Of a stretch of DNA of 64,000 bases, positions 53,801 through 59,356 are shown piece after piece. Within the stretch, counting starts at the first letter, position 1, and every line of letters begins with the position of its first letter. The notes below the pieces were generated by a model. That model ran no database searches and had not been told where the DNA came from. It worked only from the letters and a program-made list of their open reading frames with translations. The stretch spans positions 921-64,920 of the forward strand of contig CAZWLE010000002.1 in the NCBI GenBank assembly GCA_964634305.1, in the 5' to 3' direction. Origin of the DNA: an uncultured Candidatus Saccharibacteria bacterium. Lineage in GTDB: Bacteria; Patescibacteriota; Minisyncoccia; Phycocordibacterales; Phycocordibacteraceae. The position numbers and the translations under genes are program-made.

Positions 53801-56800
53801 TCAACGTTTGCGGGCGGGTTGAATGTTGGCTCAGGAGCACTCACGCATGACTTTACGTCAGGCGTGACGTCGATAGGCAATCTTGCTATAGGCGCAATGA
53901 CGTTTGATACCAACTCAGGTGTTATTTCCTGGGTTGATATGCCTGTTACTTCTACTGCTTCTGCCGGCACGGTCCAAAGCTATAGTGCGCAGTTGGATGG
54001 TACTTCGGTGCTTACCGTCTATGCGGTTTCAGATGGCGCTGGAGGTATCGCCTCGACCTCTGTGGGTATTTCTTCATCAACACCGTGGGGTATGTTCTCG
54101 GTTGAGCAGACAAACGGTACGACCTCACCTGTCTTTGTTGTAGGTGATCAGGGAACCTCTACGCCGCATCTGTATATCGGTGCAAACGGAAGGGTAGGTG
54201 TTGGTACGACCTCGCCATGGGCCCGTACGTCACTCAATGCTCCTGCAGGGGAAGCAGCATTTGCTATCGGTTCTTCGACACGCAACCTCTTCTATGTAAC
54301 ATCGCTTGGCACCACCACCATTGGCCGTGGCCTCGACATTATTGGCGCCGTTGCTACTTCCTCTTCCAATGTGGGTTGGAATATCACCACTGGATGTTAT
54401 GCCGTTAATAACACGTGTCTTTCAGGTGGCCTCTCCTCATACGACGCATGGACCCACGCGTCTATCTATCAGTCAGCAACGACGTCGATGATGGGCTTTG
54501 GCACCACGACCCCACGATGGGCACTCCAAGTTGCGTCATCCACTGCGCCGCAGCTCGCACTCTCTGATGGTTCGCTTACTTCAAATCACTGGACTTTCCG
54601 CAACGCAGGTGGCGGTCTCTTTATCGGTACCTCCTCACCGCTTACCTTCGCCACAACCAGCATCTCCGCACTCACCATTAACGCAAGCGGCAACCTTGGT
54701 ATCGGTACCACCTCACCGTCCTCACGACTTACCGTTGCAGGCTCCGGTTTCTTTGAAGGCTCCAACAACTATATAAACTTCGCAACGACAACAGGTGCGA
54801 ACGGCTACGGCTTCCGCGATAACGGCGGTGTTATGGAGTTTAAGAACATGGGCGGCACGTGGCAGGGCGTCACAACGGCAACAACAGGGCCGAGTTTCTC
54901 AGTACATAAAAACAGCTCTGATCAGACGGTCACTGCTGGTATCGATACGCTCCTCACGTGGGCTACTGAGGAATATGATACGAACAACAATTTCAATCTC
55001 GGTACTGGACGGTTCCAGCCGACGGTCCCTGGTAAATACGTCATTTACTTGCAGGTTCGTACTACTAACGGTAGTTCAGCGGTTGCATCGATATATAAGA
55101 ACGGCAGCTTGTATAAACTGGGAATTGTCAGCAGTGCTCTTATTGCAAATGTGACTGCTGTTGTCGACATGAATGGTAGTACCGATTATGTTGACGCATA
55201 CGTAACAAACACAGGTGGCACGACTATCAGCGGTAACATCACGCAAACATATTTTAGCGGCATTATGGTTGCTCCACTGAACAACAACGTCGCCACCAAC
55301 CTTAACCTCCAATACGATGGCACGCAGACTACGCAAGTGGACCAGACCAAGTTCTTCGGTCTCGGTACGTCGACGCCATGGGGTCAGTTTGCTATAAATC
55401 CGCTCGCATCCAACGGTAATGCTCCGTCGTTCGTTATTGGTTCTTCGACTGCTACCAACTTCATTGTTACAAATGCAGGAAATGTCGGTATCGGAACCAC
55501 AAGCCCTGCAAGTAAGCTCCACATTTTTGCGAGCACTGGAGCAGCACAGCTTGACTTTGATGCATCGGCAAGTCAATTCCGTGGCTTCACCGTTAAAACT
55601 GGAAACTCTACACGTTGGGCGGTGGGCGGTGGTACAAGTGTTGCAGAAAGTGGAAGTAACGTTGGGTCGAACCTGTTCATAGATCGTTACTCCGACTCAG
55701 GTTCCTATCTTGGCACTGCGATGACCTTTATTCGCAGTAGCGGTTATGTAGGTATCGGTACTACGACCCCCGCGTGGAATTTAAACATAGCCGACGCTAC
55801 GAGATCGCAGCTTACGCTTTCTGACGGATCTGTAACTCAGAACCCATGGAGCTTCCGCAGTATTAACGGCAACCTATATATTGCAACCTCGTCACCCTCT
55901 ACGTTCGCAACGTCGACCGTTGCTGCGCTCACTATAAATAGCAACGGTACGGTTCTTGTAGGTAATGGTCTTGGCAAACTCACCATTGGTACCTTGGACC
56001 CGGTCTACACCGTCAACGGTACGGCGTACGCAACGTACATGGCAGGCATGATTGGTGTAAAGGAAGAAACAACCGGTAATGCCGTTATTGACACACCCCT
56101 TACCGCTGAAGATGGCAGTACGGGATACGTCGCCGTACTCGACTTTGATGAATTAGAGCCAGGCAGTGACTTGTGGCTCTTCTCGCAAACGACTCATATT
56201 CGCAAGAACATTGATAAGCTCGTCGTGCTTCTCACTGCAGAAAATGGTGGGAAGGTTTGGTATGAGATAGACAAGGCAGAGCGTAAGGTCTACCTCTTAG
56301 CCGATAGACCAACGCGTGTCTCGTATCGTATGACGGCGCCGCGGTTTGATTCTGAATCATGGACAAACTTCAACCATGACGGCGTCATCGGCTTTACTCC
56401 ACCGTCTGATGATTTAACGGTGTACTTCACTGACGAACATGCGTTGTCGTTTGGTAATGCAAACCTGGTCTCCGGCACGTCAACGCTCGCAACGTTGCTT
56501 GAGGAATATGACGAAGAAGGTGAAGAAGAACTCAAGCCATGGACCGCGGCACTCGTTGAGGCAAGTGACGGGTTGAAGACCGCTATGGATGACCTGTCGA
56601 ATCAGGTGATTGAAGTCATGCACGGCGCTCAGTACTTTGCTGACGGTATCTTTAAGCGCATCTTTGCGCAGGAAGTATATACAGACAAAATCTGTGTGAC
56701 CGACGCAGAGGGAGAGACGTGTCTGACTCGTGCGCAGCTTAACCAGCTCTTATCAGGCGCAGCGGCCTCTGGCGGTGGCAATACTAGTGGTGGTTCTGGT

Positions 56801-56983
56801 GATACTTCTGGCGGAGACACAGGCGGCGGAGATACCGGTGGTGGCGAAGGCGATACTGGCGGAGGTGATACGGGTGGTGACACCGGCGGCGGAGATACCG
56901 GCGGAGGCGACTCTGGCGGAGATTCCGGAGGTGGCGGAAGTGAGGGTGGGGACTCGGGCGGCGGAGAGGGTGGCGCTCCTTAA
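41864..56983 (+). CDS. Giant (5,039 aa) repeat-rich cell-surface protein with an N-terminal HTH_17-like domain and a single TM anchor. The ~4,850-aa predicted extracytoplasmic region is rich in Ser/Thr/Gly/Ala/Asn and built from beta-solenoid-like modules. It ends in a conserved C-terminal domain, a Cys pair, and an acidic Gly/Asp/Thr tail.
   Basis: A single uninterrupted 15.1-kb ORF. The N-terminus is paralogous to the 40490 protein. The TM is AVAALIAVVSVGSGLVAA (aa ~135–155). Repeated modules include LTGILKATxGVVSAATAGTDY, LYGGTGxTTAP, SYDAWTHPAAGQSATTSL and GCYAINGTC. The tail is GGDTGGGDTGGGEGDTGGG... Confidence 0.85.
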   Translation: MSLLLDSNLISTRDASALSGYHSDYLARLCREEKIVGSRIGRSWVLDRASLDAFIRDQELAKKEHAVALTRQREQEYREAQKVHETIAVVEAEQASETPVEAPEVVSVPVTTPVSAPERSYVPIPSPYAELHPIRNSAVAALIAVVSVGSGLVAAEARIVEHVARISVENVAIASDIGYEALASAATATLAFETELGRSIISGVDTLATLTRAEHQSDTAASIRFAYDAGALLHAPTLQTIPEALYGAQLSIGTTLIGTSDAILAAHHTGTNAWVEGSDIVPRRVIAAIYGVGDEFQRVALLAPHAAATTADTAIVALAGETRTVANNAVDAISSSRDVFARAFNTRLVEPRATLAAVPHEDTLGPARALALFTYETLNSFFDATSRTLAMLFAPLAPNVAYAPELTVPGTGTTSVSRQVVEVSRVVNEITNVTYSSPITYVYGGVTMEYVRAAIENLRDDVADADYGSGDGGLADITGSSIEELSDVGTMAKTWGDLLFWDGTEWSNLATSSLGITGSGIPGGAPGYVQYNVGGNFGGDAAFTFDAAADRLSFTYGSTTAFSTGFLNATSAVIDTLSSTVATVTSLIATNATTTNATSTNLTALNSFALGADRITDLTGSGLTVTAGALAVDDVTPAMLQAADFGDFTCNGTSCSFDADTVSDSELDYGTVTLTDFTNDAGFITGIGAFSIEDLSDVAAMTESYGNLLSWNGSAWTNIATSTLNIALSNTTGILPISRGGTGTSTVPTYGQLLVGDGLGGYALLATSSLGISGSGGTPGGLTGQVQFNSAGTFAGDTGFTYDAAADRLTVTYASSTAFSSIYASSTNVFAGNLTVGSLTGILKATGGVVSAATAGTDYENPLTFAYPLTRSVNTVSLAFGTTTTNTWVHQIFSSLVATNASSTNATTSQLAVTSLPSQLLRTDGTGRLAGTTIGTGLTFDGTTLSATGGGGTGNVSTSSSETAGQVPYWTTTAGSPARLGSVATTTFAVSGPFNVSGSLGSLIGGTNATISYYGLATTSNISQGQVLYGTSASGVASVATSTPALSTAFSYSGTLGSFVGGASGTLSLANNGVALTNLAQIAANTVLANPTGAIGNVQAIATSTFFGTGTGGYVLAWNNGAPTWVGTSSIQNGVAAIGPAGQTQTGTVLIATSTSGTDITVTATGGTITFNIPSASASARGLLTSTDWNTFNNKISSTSLSGGTGISYNSGSGVITNTGVTSLSGTTNQITASAATGAVTVSLPGLVAFPNAYTASYGTTTYASSTALSSVYASSTNASFGNLSVGTLTGPLQAVNGVVSASSTLSVVYGGTGWNAVQSGALLYGNGAGRLATTTQGTGGQVLAWLNGIPTWTATSSIQNGVSSVQQSFGAAQTGAITLATSSDTNVLLSITNSGGTFTFTPSWTGTLAYGRGGTGTTTAPAGQLLYGGTTAYQSVATSTVSAGTGIGFTGTPGYLVGGTNLTITNNGVTSISGTTNQITASAGTGAVTLSLPGLVAFPNAYTASYGTTTYASSTALSAAYASSTNLFVGNFTLGTLNGPLQANNGVVSATTTIGAIYGGTGQSSYAAGDLLYADSATSLARLPVSTNGLVLKLVGGLPSWQPDLTTGGGGGAGAWSTTTDSLAIYPSDTSDVVIIGASATSTTGSIFEVAGRSYFSNTLSIGTTSGSSLFRLAVQGNGLFSGNLSTANLTATGTVSTANLTATAATTTYLGINNETFTDLTGTGLQNVGGALTINATGDWTGTFDGQEGTYYLNRANHTGTQLASTISDFDGAVNTYIAGSTTIPKTYSANTFTGAQVFSSGVTIGTLNGPLQANNGVVSATTSVGVLYGGTGLTTAPSYGQILVGNSSGGYTLTATSSLGLVTSAVTAIGPAGQAQTGPTVTFATSSTAYNGLTASTTITATGNTITFANTLAGLLGVAGGGTGSTTLGGILTGNGTGQVTSATVSAPLSFSGNTLSISQANGSTNGYLSSTDWNTFNNKISSTSLSGASVISYTSGTGVITTTGGTFGAGNYVFPSALTVQGASSFQNASTTNLSANTLAVGGTGTTSVSATGALTTPSLTIGSLTGILKATAGLVSVATGGTDYENPLTFVYPLTRAVNSISLAFGTTTANTWGAQQTFSGLFATNASTTNATTTSLGINNETFTDLTGTGLQNVGGALTINATGDWTGTFDGQEGTYYLNRANHTGTQLASTISNFDATVNAYIHGSTTIPKTYTANTFTAAQVFSGGVTIGTLNGPLQANNGVVSATTSIGVLYGGTGLTTAPTYGQILVGNSSGGYTLTATSSLGLVTSAVTAIGPAGQTQTGPTITLATSSTAFNGLTASTTITGTGNVITFSNTLAGVLGVAGGGTGSTTLGGILTGNGTGQVTSATVSAPLSFSGNTLSISQANGSTNGYLSSTDWNTFNNKISSTSLSGGTGISYNSGSGVITNTGVTSLSGTTNQITASAATGAVTLSLPGLVAFPNAYTATYGTTTYASSTALSTVYASSTNAFFGNLSVGALTGPLQALNGTVSASSTLSVAYGGTGWNSIQANAVLYGNGAGRLATTSAGTNGQVLALVNGVPTWVATSSINNGVSSIRQSFGAAQTGAITLATSSDTNVLLSITNSGGTFTFAPSWTGQLAVARGGTGAGSFTSGQLVYGAGTGALQSVATSTFAVSGPFTTSGTLGSLVGGTNATVTYYGLATTSAISQGQVLYATGAAGVASVATSTPTLSAAFSYSGTLGSFVGGVNGTLSLATNGVALNNLAQIAANTVLANPTGATGNVQAIATSTFFGTGTGGQVLTWNNGVPQWVATTTYANGTGISTSFANGQLTITNTGVTSLSGTTNQITASAGTGAVTLSLPSLVAFPNAYTATYGTTTYASSTALSSVYASSTNVFAGNLSIGALTGILKATAGVVSTAVAGTDYVAGGAGAATTTLSFSGPFTTSATPVVFGSSPITTTYYGLATTSAISQGQVLYGTSASGVASVATSSVSAGTGIGFTGTPGALVGGTALTITNTGVTSLSGTTNQITASAGTGAVTLSIPSLFSIQQASTTMLSSNGPFFVGTTSTTTIWGNATSTFSGGINLTNGGCYAIGGTCIGALGASGTVNNGTTGQIPYYAANGNILTATSSIFIAASSDVGIGTNAPTNYGAGYRTLAIDGAASGVLDVMSNGTLSGTLYNDGSTFRVGNRNPSAFELITDNTPRLTISGGGDVTINGGSLTIGTLSGLLKATNGLVSAATAGTDYIAGGAGAATSSVSCAGTASCTSFVAFSATPITITGTGLSAYDAWTHPAAGQSATTSLILLDGNASTTQLSATRAYFGGTATSTFTATGALGIATTSPQGLLEIGNNDTGTIGAYITNANTSIGTPRALLSIRNNYAATGLNLYALGSSHFNNGRFRQDGALIEAGSSLSGGLSIATETTAPIRFYTNGDNERLRITETGLVGIGTTSPQFLLQLAAATSPQLTLSDGSLTAAPFNFRAINNTLYLSTSSPTTFATTSTAFASFNNTTGSTSLLKLDVTGSATSSFAGGINLTTGCYAINGTCLPTTAGLASYDAWTHPAAGQSATTSLMLFNGNASTTQLSATRAYFGGTATTTITAAGFVGVGSSTPWAQLSINPTSANGSAPSFVIGSSTGTRFVVRNDGAVGIGTAAPTDALYIQDPNGRGMTINQGSISLLNPSGNAGRLSFNGGSDTSRFWFSPSHEQNYISFDDVGDGYSHVLAIEGGAGTDTGLLYFDSSENLGVATSSPYARLSVWGNSTGKIFEAVTAASSSALSVSATGFGTTTVSGLTISGSATSTSNVGFNITTGCYAINGTCISGGGSGLSSYDAWTHASIYQSATTSMMGFGTTTPRWALQVASSTAPQLTLSDATGGHWSFRSINGNLYIATSSATTFATTSTTALTINTVGNIGIGSSSPWGQLSINANGGVTGSNPLFAIGSSTSNLLVVDYAGRMGLGTTSPYAKLSVVGETVSTFFTATSTSATSTFAGGLNVGSGALTHDFTSGVTSIGNLAIGAMTFDTNSGVISWVDMPVTSTASAGTVQSYSAQLDGTSVLTVYAVSDGAGGIASTSVGISSSTPWGMFSVEQTNGTTSPVFVVGDQGTSTPHLYIGANGRVGVGTTSPWARTSLNAPAGEAAFAIGSSTRNLFYVTSLGTTTIGRGLDIIGAVATSSSNVGWNITTGCYAVNNTCLSGGLSSYDAWTHASIYQSATTSMMGFGTTTPRWALQVASSTAPQLALSDGSLTSNHWTFRNAGGGLFIGTSSPLTFATTSISALTINASGNLGIGTTSPSSRLTVAGSGFFEGSNNYINFATTTGANGYGFRDNGGVMEFKNMGGTWQGVTTATTGPSFSVHKNSSDQTVTAGIDTLLTWATEEYDTNNNFNLGTGRFQPTVPGKYVIYLQVRTTNGSSAVASIYKNGSLYKLGIVSSALIANVTAVVDMNGSTDYVDAYVTNTGGTTISGNITQTYFSGIMVAPLNNNVATNLNLQYDGTQTTQVDQTKFFGLGTSTPWGQFAINPLASNGNAPSFVIGSSTATNFIVTNAGNVGIGTTSPASKLHIFASTGAAQLDFDASASQFRGFTVKTGNSTRWAVGGGTSVAESGSNVGSNLFIDRYSDSGSYLGTAMTFIRSSGYVGIGTTTPAWNLNIADATRSQLTLSDGSVTQNPWSFRSINGNLYIATSSPSTFATSTVAALTINSNGTVLVGNGLGKLTIGTLDPVYTVNGTAYATYMAGMIGVKEETTGNAVIDTPLTAEDGSTGYVAVLDFDELEPGSDLWLFSQTTHIRKNIDKLVVLLTAENGGKVWYEIDKAERKVYLLADRPTRVSYRMTAPRFDSESWTNFNHDGVIGFTPPSDDLTVYFTDEHALSFGNANLVSGTSTLATLLEEYDEEGEEELKPWTAALVEASDGLKTAMDDLSNQVIEVMHGAQYFADGIFKRIFAQEVYTDKICVTDAEGETCLTRAQLNQLLSGAAASGGGNTSGGSGDTSGGDTGGGDTGGGEGDTGGGDTGGDTGGGDTGGGDSGGDSGGGGSEGGDSGGGEGGAP
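45481..45669 (+). repeat. Intragenic repeat patches: 45481–45572 matches 49135–49226 with two mismatches (each at a codon third position, eye-aligned), and 45601–45669 matches 46348–46416 perfectly (69 bp).
   Basis: Direct alignment by eye of the quoted DNA stretches. Confidence 0.7.
47001..47755 (+). repeat. Copy A of a ~1.29-kb-period intragenic direct repeat; mosaic of perfectly identical and synonymously diverged patches relative to copy B.
   Basis: 47001–47146 is identical to 48291–48436 (146 bp). 47619–47755 is nearly identical to 48909–49045. The intervening segments encode the same peptide with many synonymous differences. Confidence 0.75.
48291..49045 (+). repeat. Copy B of the ~1.29-kb-period intragenic direct repeat.
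   Basis: See copy A; the offset between copies is 1,290 nt. Confidence 0.75.
53330..53460 (+). repeat. Near-identical ~130-bp patch repeated at 54437–54567 (period ~1.1 kb) inside the SYDAWTH/GCYAxNxTC module series.
   Basis: The stretch tacgacgc(c/a)tggac(t/c)cacgcgtctatctatcagtcagcaacgac(a/g)tcgatgatgggctttgg... is present in both. Confidence 0.65.
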
Positions 56984-56986
56984 TAT

Positions 56987-59338
56987 ATGCGATACCTATC
57001 CTTCATTCTCATCACGATAGTGCTGGTAGCAGGAGGTGTCGCATACCTACGTCCTGAGCATATTAGTCAGCTTGTTGCTCCGCCGCTCGTGGTGACAAAA
57101 ACCACGACTATTCCGAGTGCACCCTCGACTGCTACTACCAGTATTAATCACTACCATTACGAGACGGTAGGGGTTTCCTATGACTATCTTGAGCGCCGGC
57201 TTGCTGAACTCATGGTTGAACGAACTATCATTATTGATAGACGTAGTGAAAGCGGCAGTAGACGTGGTGGTTCGAGCGGTGGGTCTGCGACGGTTGATGA
57301 CGTCACGCCAGACCAACTTGCTGCTGCTGATTTTGGTGACTTTACCTGCAACGGTACTACGTGTGATTTAGATATAGAGAGTTATGGCCTCGAGGACCTT
57401 TCTGATGTGGGAGCGATGACTGAAACATTTGGTGATGTACTTATGTGGAATGGCACTATGTGGACCAATGTTGCTACGTCATCGCTTGGTATTGGGGCAG
57501 GTAGTGGTTCGCCAGGCGGTGCAAACACGCAGGTCCAGTTTAATAACGGTGGCGTGTTTGCGGGTGATGCTGGATTCACCTACGACGCTGCCGCAGACCG
57601 TGTTACCGCAACGTATGCATCTACGACTGGCATTAGTGCATCATATGCATCATCAACGAACGCATTTTTCGGTGCACTTACGCTTGGAGGTGACACACTG
57701 ACTGATTTCACTGGCGCAGGTCTCTCTGTTTCAAGTGGCGCGCTCACTATATCTACCGCGGGCGACTGGACGGGACTCTTTGATGGTCAGGAGGGTAGTT
57801 ACTATCTTGCTAATTCATTTAGTTCGACATCGGCTACGCATTTCGTGCACTCTTCAACAACGATTCCAAAGACGTATACCGCCAATACATTTACCAGCGC
57901 TCAAGTGTTTAGTGGTGGAGTAACGATTGGAACGTTGAACGGACCGCTCCAGGCAAATAATGGTGTTATTTCCGCTACCACCTCTGTTGGTGTGTTGTAT
58001 GGAGGTACAGGACTTACGACGGCACCGACGTACGGACAGGTACTTGTCGGTAATGCCTCTGGAGGGTATACGCTTACGGCGACGAGTTCGCTTGGTCTTG
58101 GAGGCAGTTCCGGTCTCACTTCCTATGATGCCTGGACGCATCCAGCAGCAGGGCAGTCTGCGACAACCTCACTGATGTTGTTTAATGGGAACGCGTCCTC
58201 GACACAGTTCTCTGCGATGCAGGCGTACTTTGGCGGCACCGCAACGACGACCTTCACCGCAGCAGGGTTCCTTGGTGTCGGTTCCTCAAGTCCATGGGCA
58301 CAACTCTCGATTAATCCGACAAGTGCAAACGGCAGTGCACCAGCGTTTGCTATTGGAAGCTCAACTGCAACAAGTTTTGTTATCACAAACGCAGGTAATG
58401 TTGGTATCGGATCGACCTCACCGGCAGCGCGCCTTGGCGTTGCGGGCAACATCTATACAACAGGTGATTTAGTGCTTGGTGGTGGTACCGGAAAACTCAC
58501 CGTCGGTACGGTTGACCCGGTCTACACGGTCGACGGCGTGAACTACGCAACGTATGTCTCGGGCATGGTGGGTATTAAAGAAGAGGTGACGGGTGCCGCA
58601 GATATTCATACACCAGTCACGGCAGATGATGGCAGCTCAGGCTACGTTGCAGTGCTCGATTTTGATGATGAGCTTCCGGGAAGTGACTTGTGGCTCTTTG
58701 CACAAGCAACACATATCCGTAAGCATATAGACCGTCTGATAGTGCTCCTCTCCGCAGAGAACGGTGCACGAGTCTGGTATGAAATCGACGAAGCAGAACG
58801 AAAGGTGTATCTCCTTTCGGATACCCCAACCCGCGTGTCGTACCGTATGACGGCACCACGCTTTGATACCGCCGAGTGGACGAACTACAACCTTGATGGC
58901 ATCACGGGCTTTAAACCGCCGTCAAACGACATAGGGGACTATTTCTCTGAATTGTTCACACTGTCGTTTGGATCTACGACCGCGTATCTCTCTGACGGTC
59001 TTACGGAAGCGCTTCGCACATGGTTTGCAGACGCAACAAACGGTATTGGGTCCATGATGGCGAATGTGTTTAGCGCTAAGGAGAAAATCTGTGTCGATGG
59101 CGAATGTCTTACGAAGGATGACATTCGAGTACTACTTCGTCTCGTGGGAGAGGAACGGGGAGGAGCGGGCGGCGGAGAACCACCAGTGGAACCAGAGGAC
59201 CCACCGGTTGAAGAAGGGCTAACCCCGACTCCAGAGACCCCCCTTCCTGAAGAAGAACCTGAACCTGAGCCAAAAGTGCCAGAAGAGCCACCAAGTACTC
59301 CCGAAGAACCTGCAGGTGAGACGCCGCCTGGTCCGTAG
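56987..59338 (+). CDS. 783-aa paralog ('mini' version) of the giant protein. It has an N-terminal signal-anchor TM, the same repeat modules and the same conserved C-terminal domain, and ends in a Pro/Glu-rich acidic tail.
   Basis: TM is MRYLSFILITIVLVAGGVAYL. VDDVTPDQLAAADFGDFTCNGTTC matches VDDVTPAMLQAADFGDFTCNGTSC in the giant protein. The C-terminal ~170 aa (KLTVGTVDPVYTVDGVNYATY...RVSYRMTAPRFD...) are ~70% identical to the giant's C-terminal domain. The start codon is 4 nt after the giant gene's stop. Confidence 0.8.
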   Translation: MRYLSFILITIVLVAGGVAYLRPEHISQLVAPPLVVTKTTTIPSAPSTATTSINHYHYETVGVSYDYLERRLAELMVERTIIIDRRSESGSRRGGSSGGSATVDDVTPDQLAAADFGDFTCNGTTCDLDIESYGLEDLSDVGAMTETFGDVLMWNGTMWTNVATSSLGIGAGSGSPGGANTQVQFNNGGVFAGDAGFTYDAAADRVTATYASTTGISASYASSTNAFFGALTLGGDTLTDFTGAGLSVSSGALTISTAGDWTGLFDGQEGSYYLANSFSSTSATHFVHSSTTIPKTYTANTFTSAQVFSGGVTIGTLNGPLQANNGVISATTSVGVLYGGTGLTTAPTYGQVLVGNASGGYTLTATSSLGLGGSSGLTSYDAWTHPAAGQSATTSLMLFNGNASSTQFSAMQAYFGGTATTTFTAAGFLGVGSSSPWAQLSINPTSANGSAPAFAIGSSTATSFVITNAGNVGIGSTSPAARLGVAGNIYTTGDLVLGGGTGKLTVGTVDPVYTVDGVNYATYVSGMVGIKEEVTGAADIHTPVTADDGSSGYVAVLDFDDELPGSDLWLFAQATHIRKHIDRLIVLLSAENGARVWYEIDEAERKVYLLSDTPTRVSYRMTAPRFDTAEWTNYNLDGITGFKPPSNDIGDYFSELFTLSFGSTTAYLSDGLTEALRTWFADATNGIGSMMANVFSAKEKICVDGECLTKDDIRVLLRLVGEERGGAGGGEPPVEPEDPPVEEGLTPTPETPLPEEEPEPEPKVPEEPPSTPEEPAGETPPGP

Positions 59339-59356
59339 TGTACTAACGCCCTCCCT

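Noticed and set aside
56757-56980. The Gly/Asp/Thr tail (GGDTGGGDTGGGEGDTGGG...) as an RTX-type calcium-binding repeat.
   Set aside because: It lacks the GGxGxDxUx nonapeptide periodicity and the hydrophobic positions of RTX repeats. It is better described as an acidic low-complexity tail.
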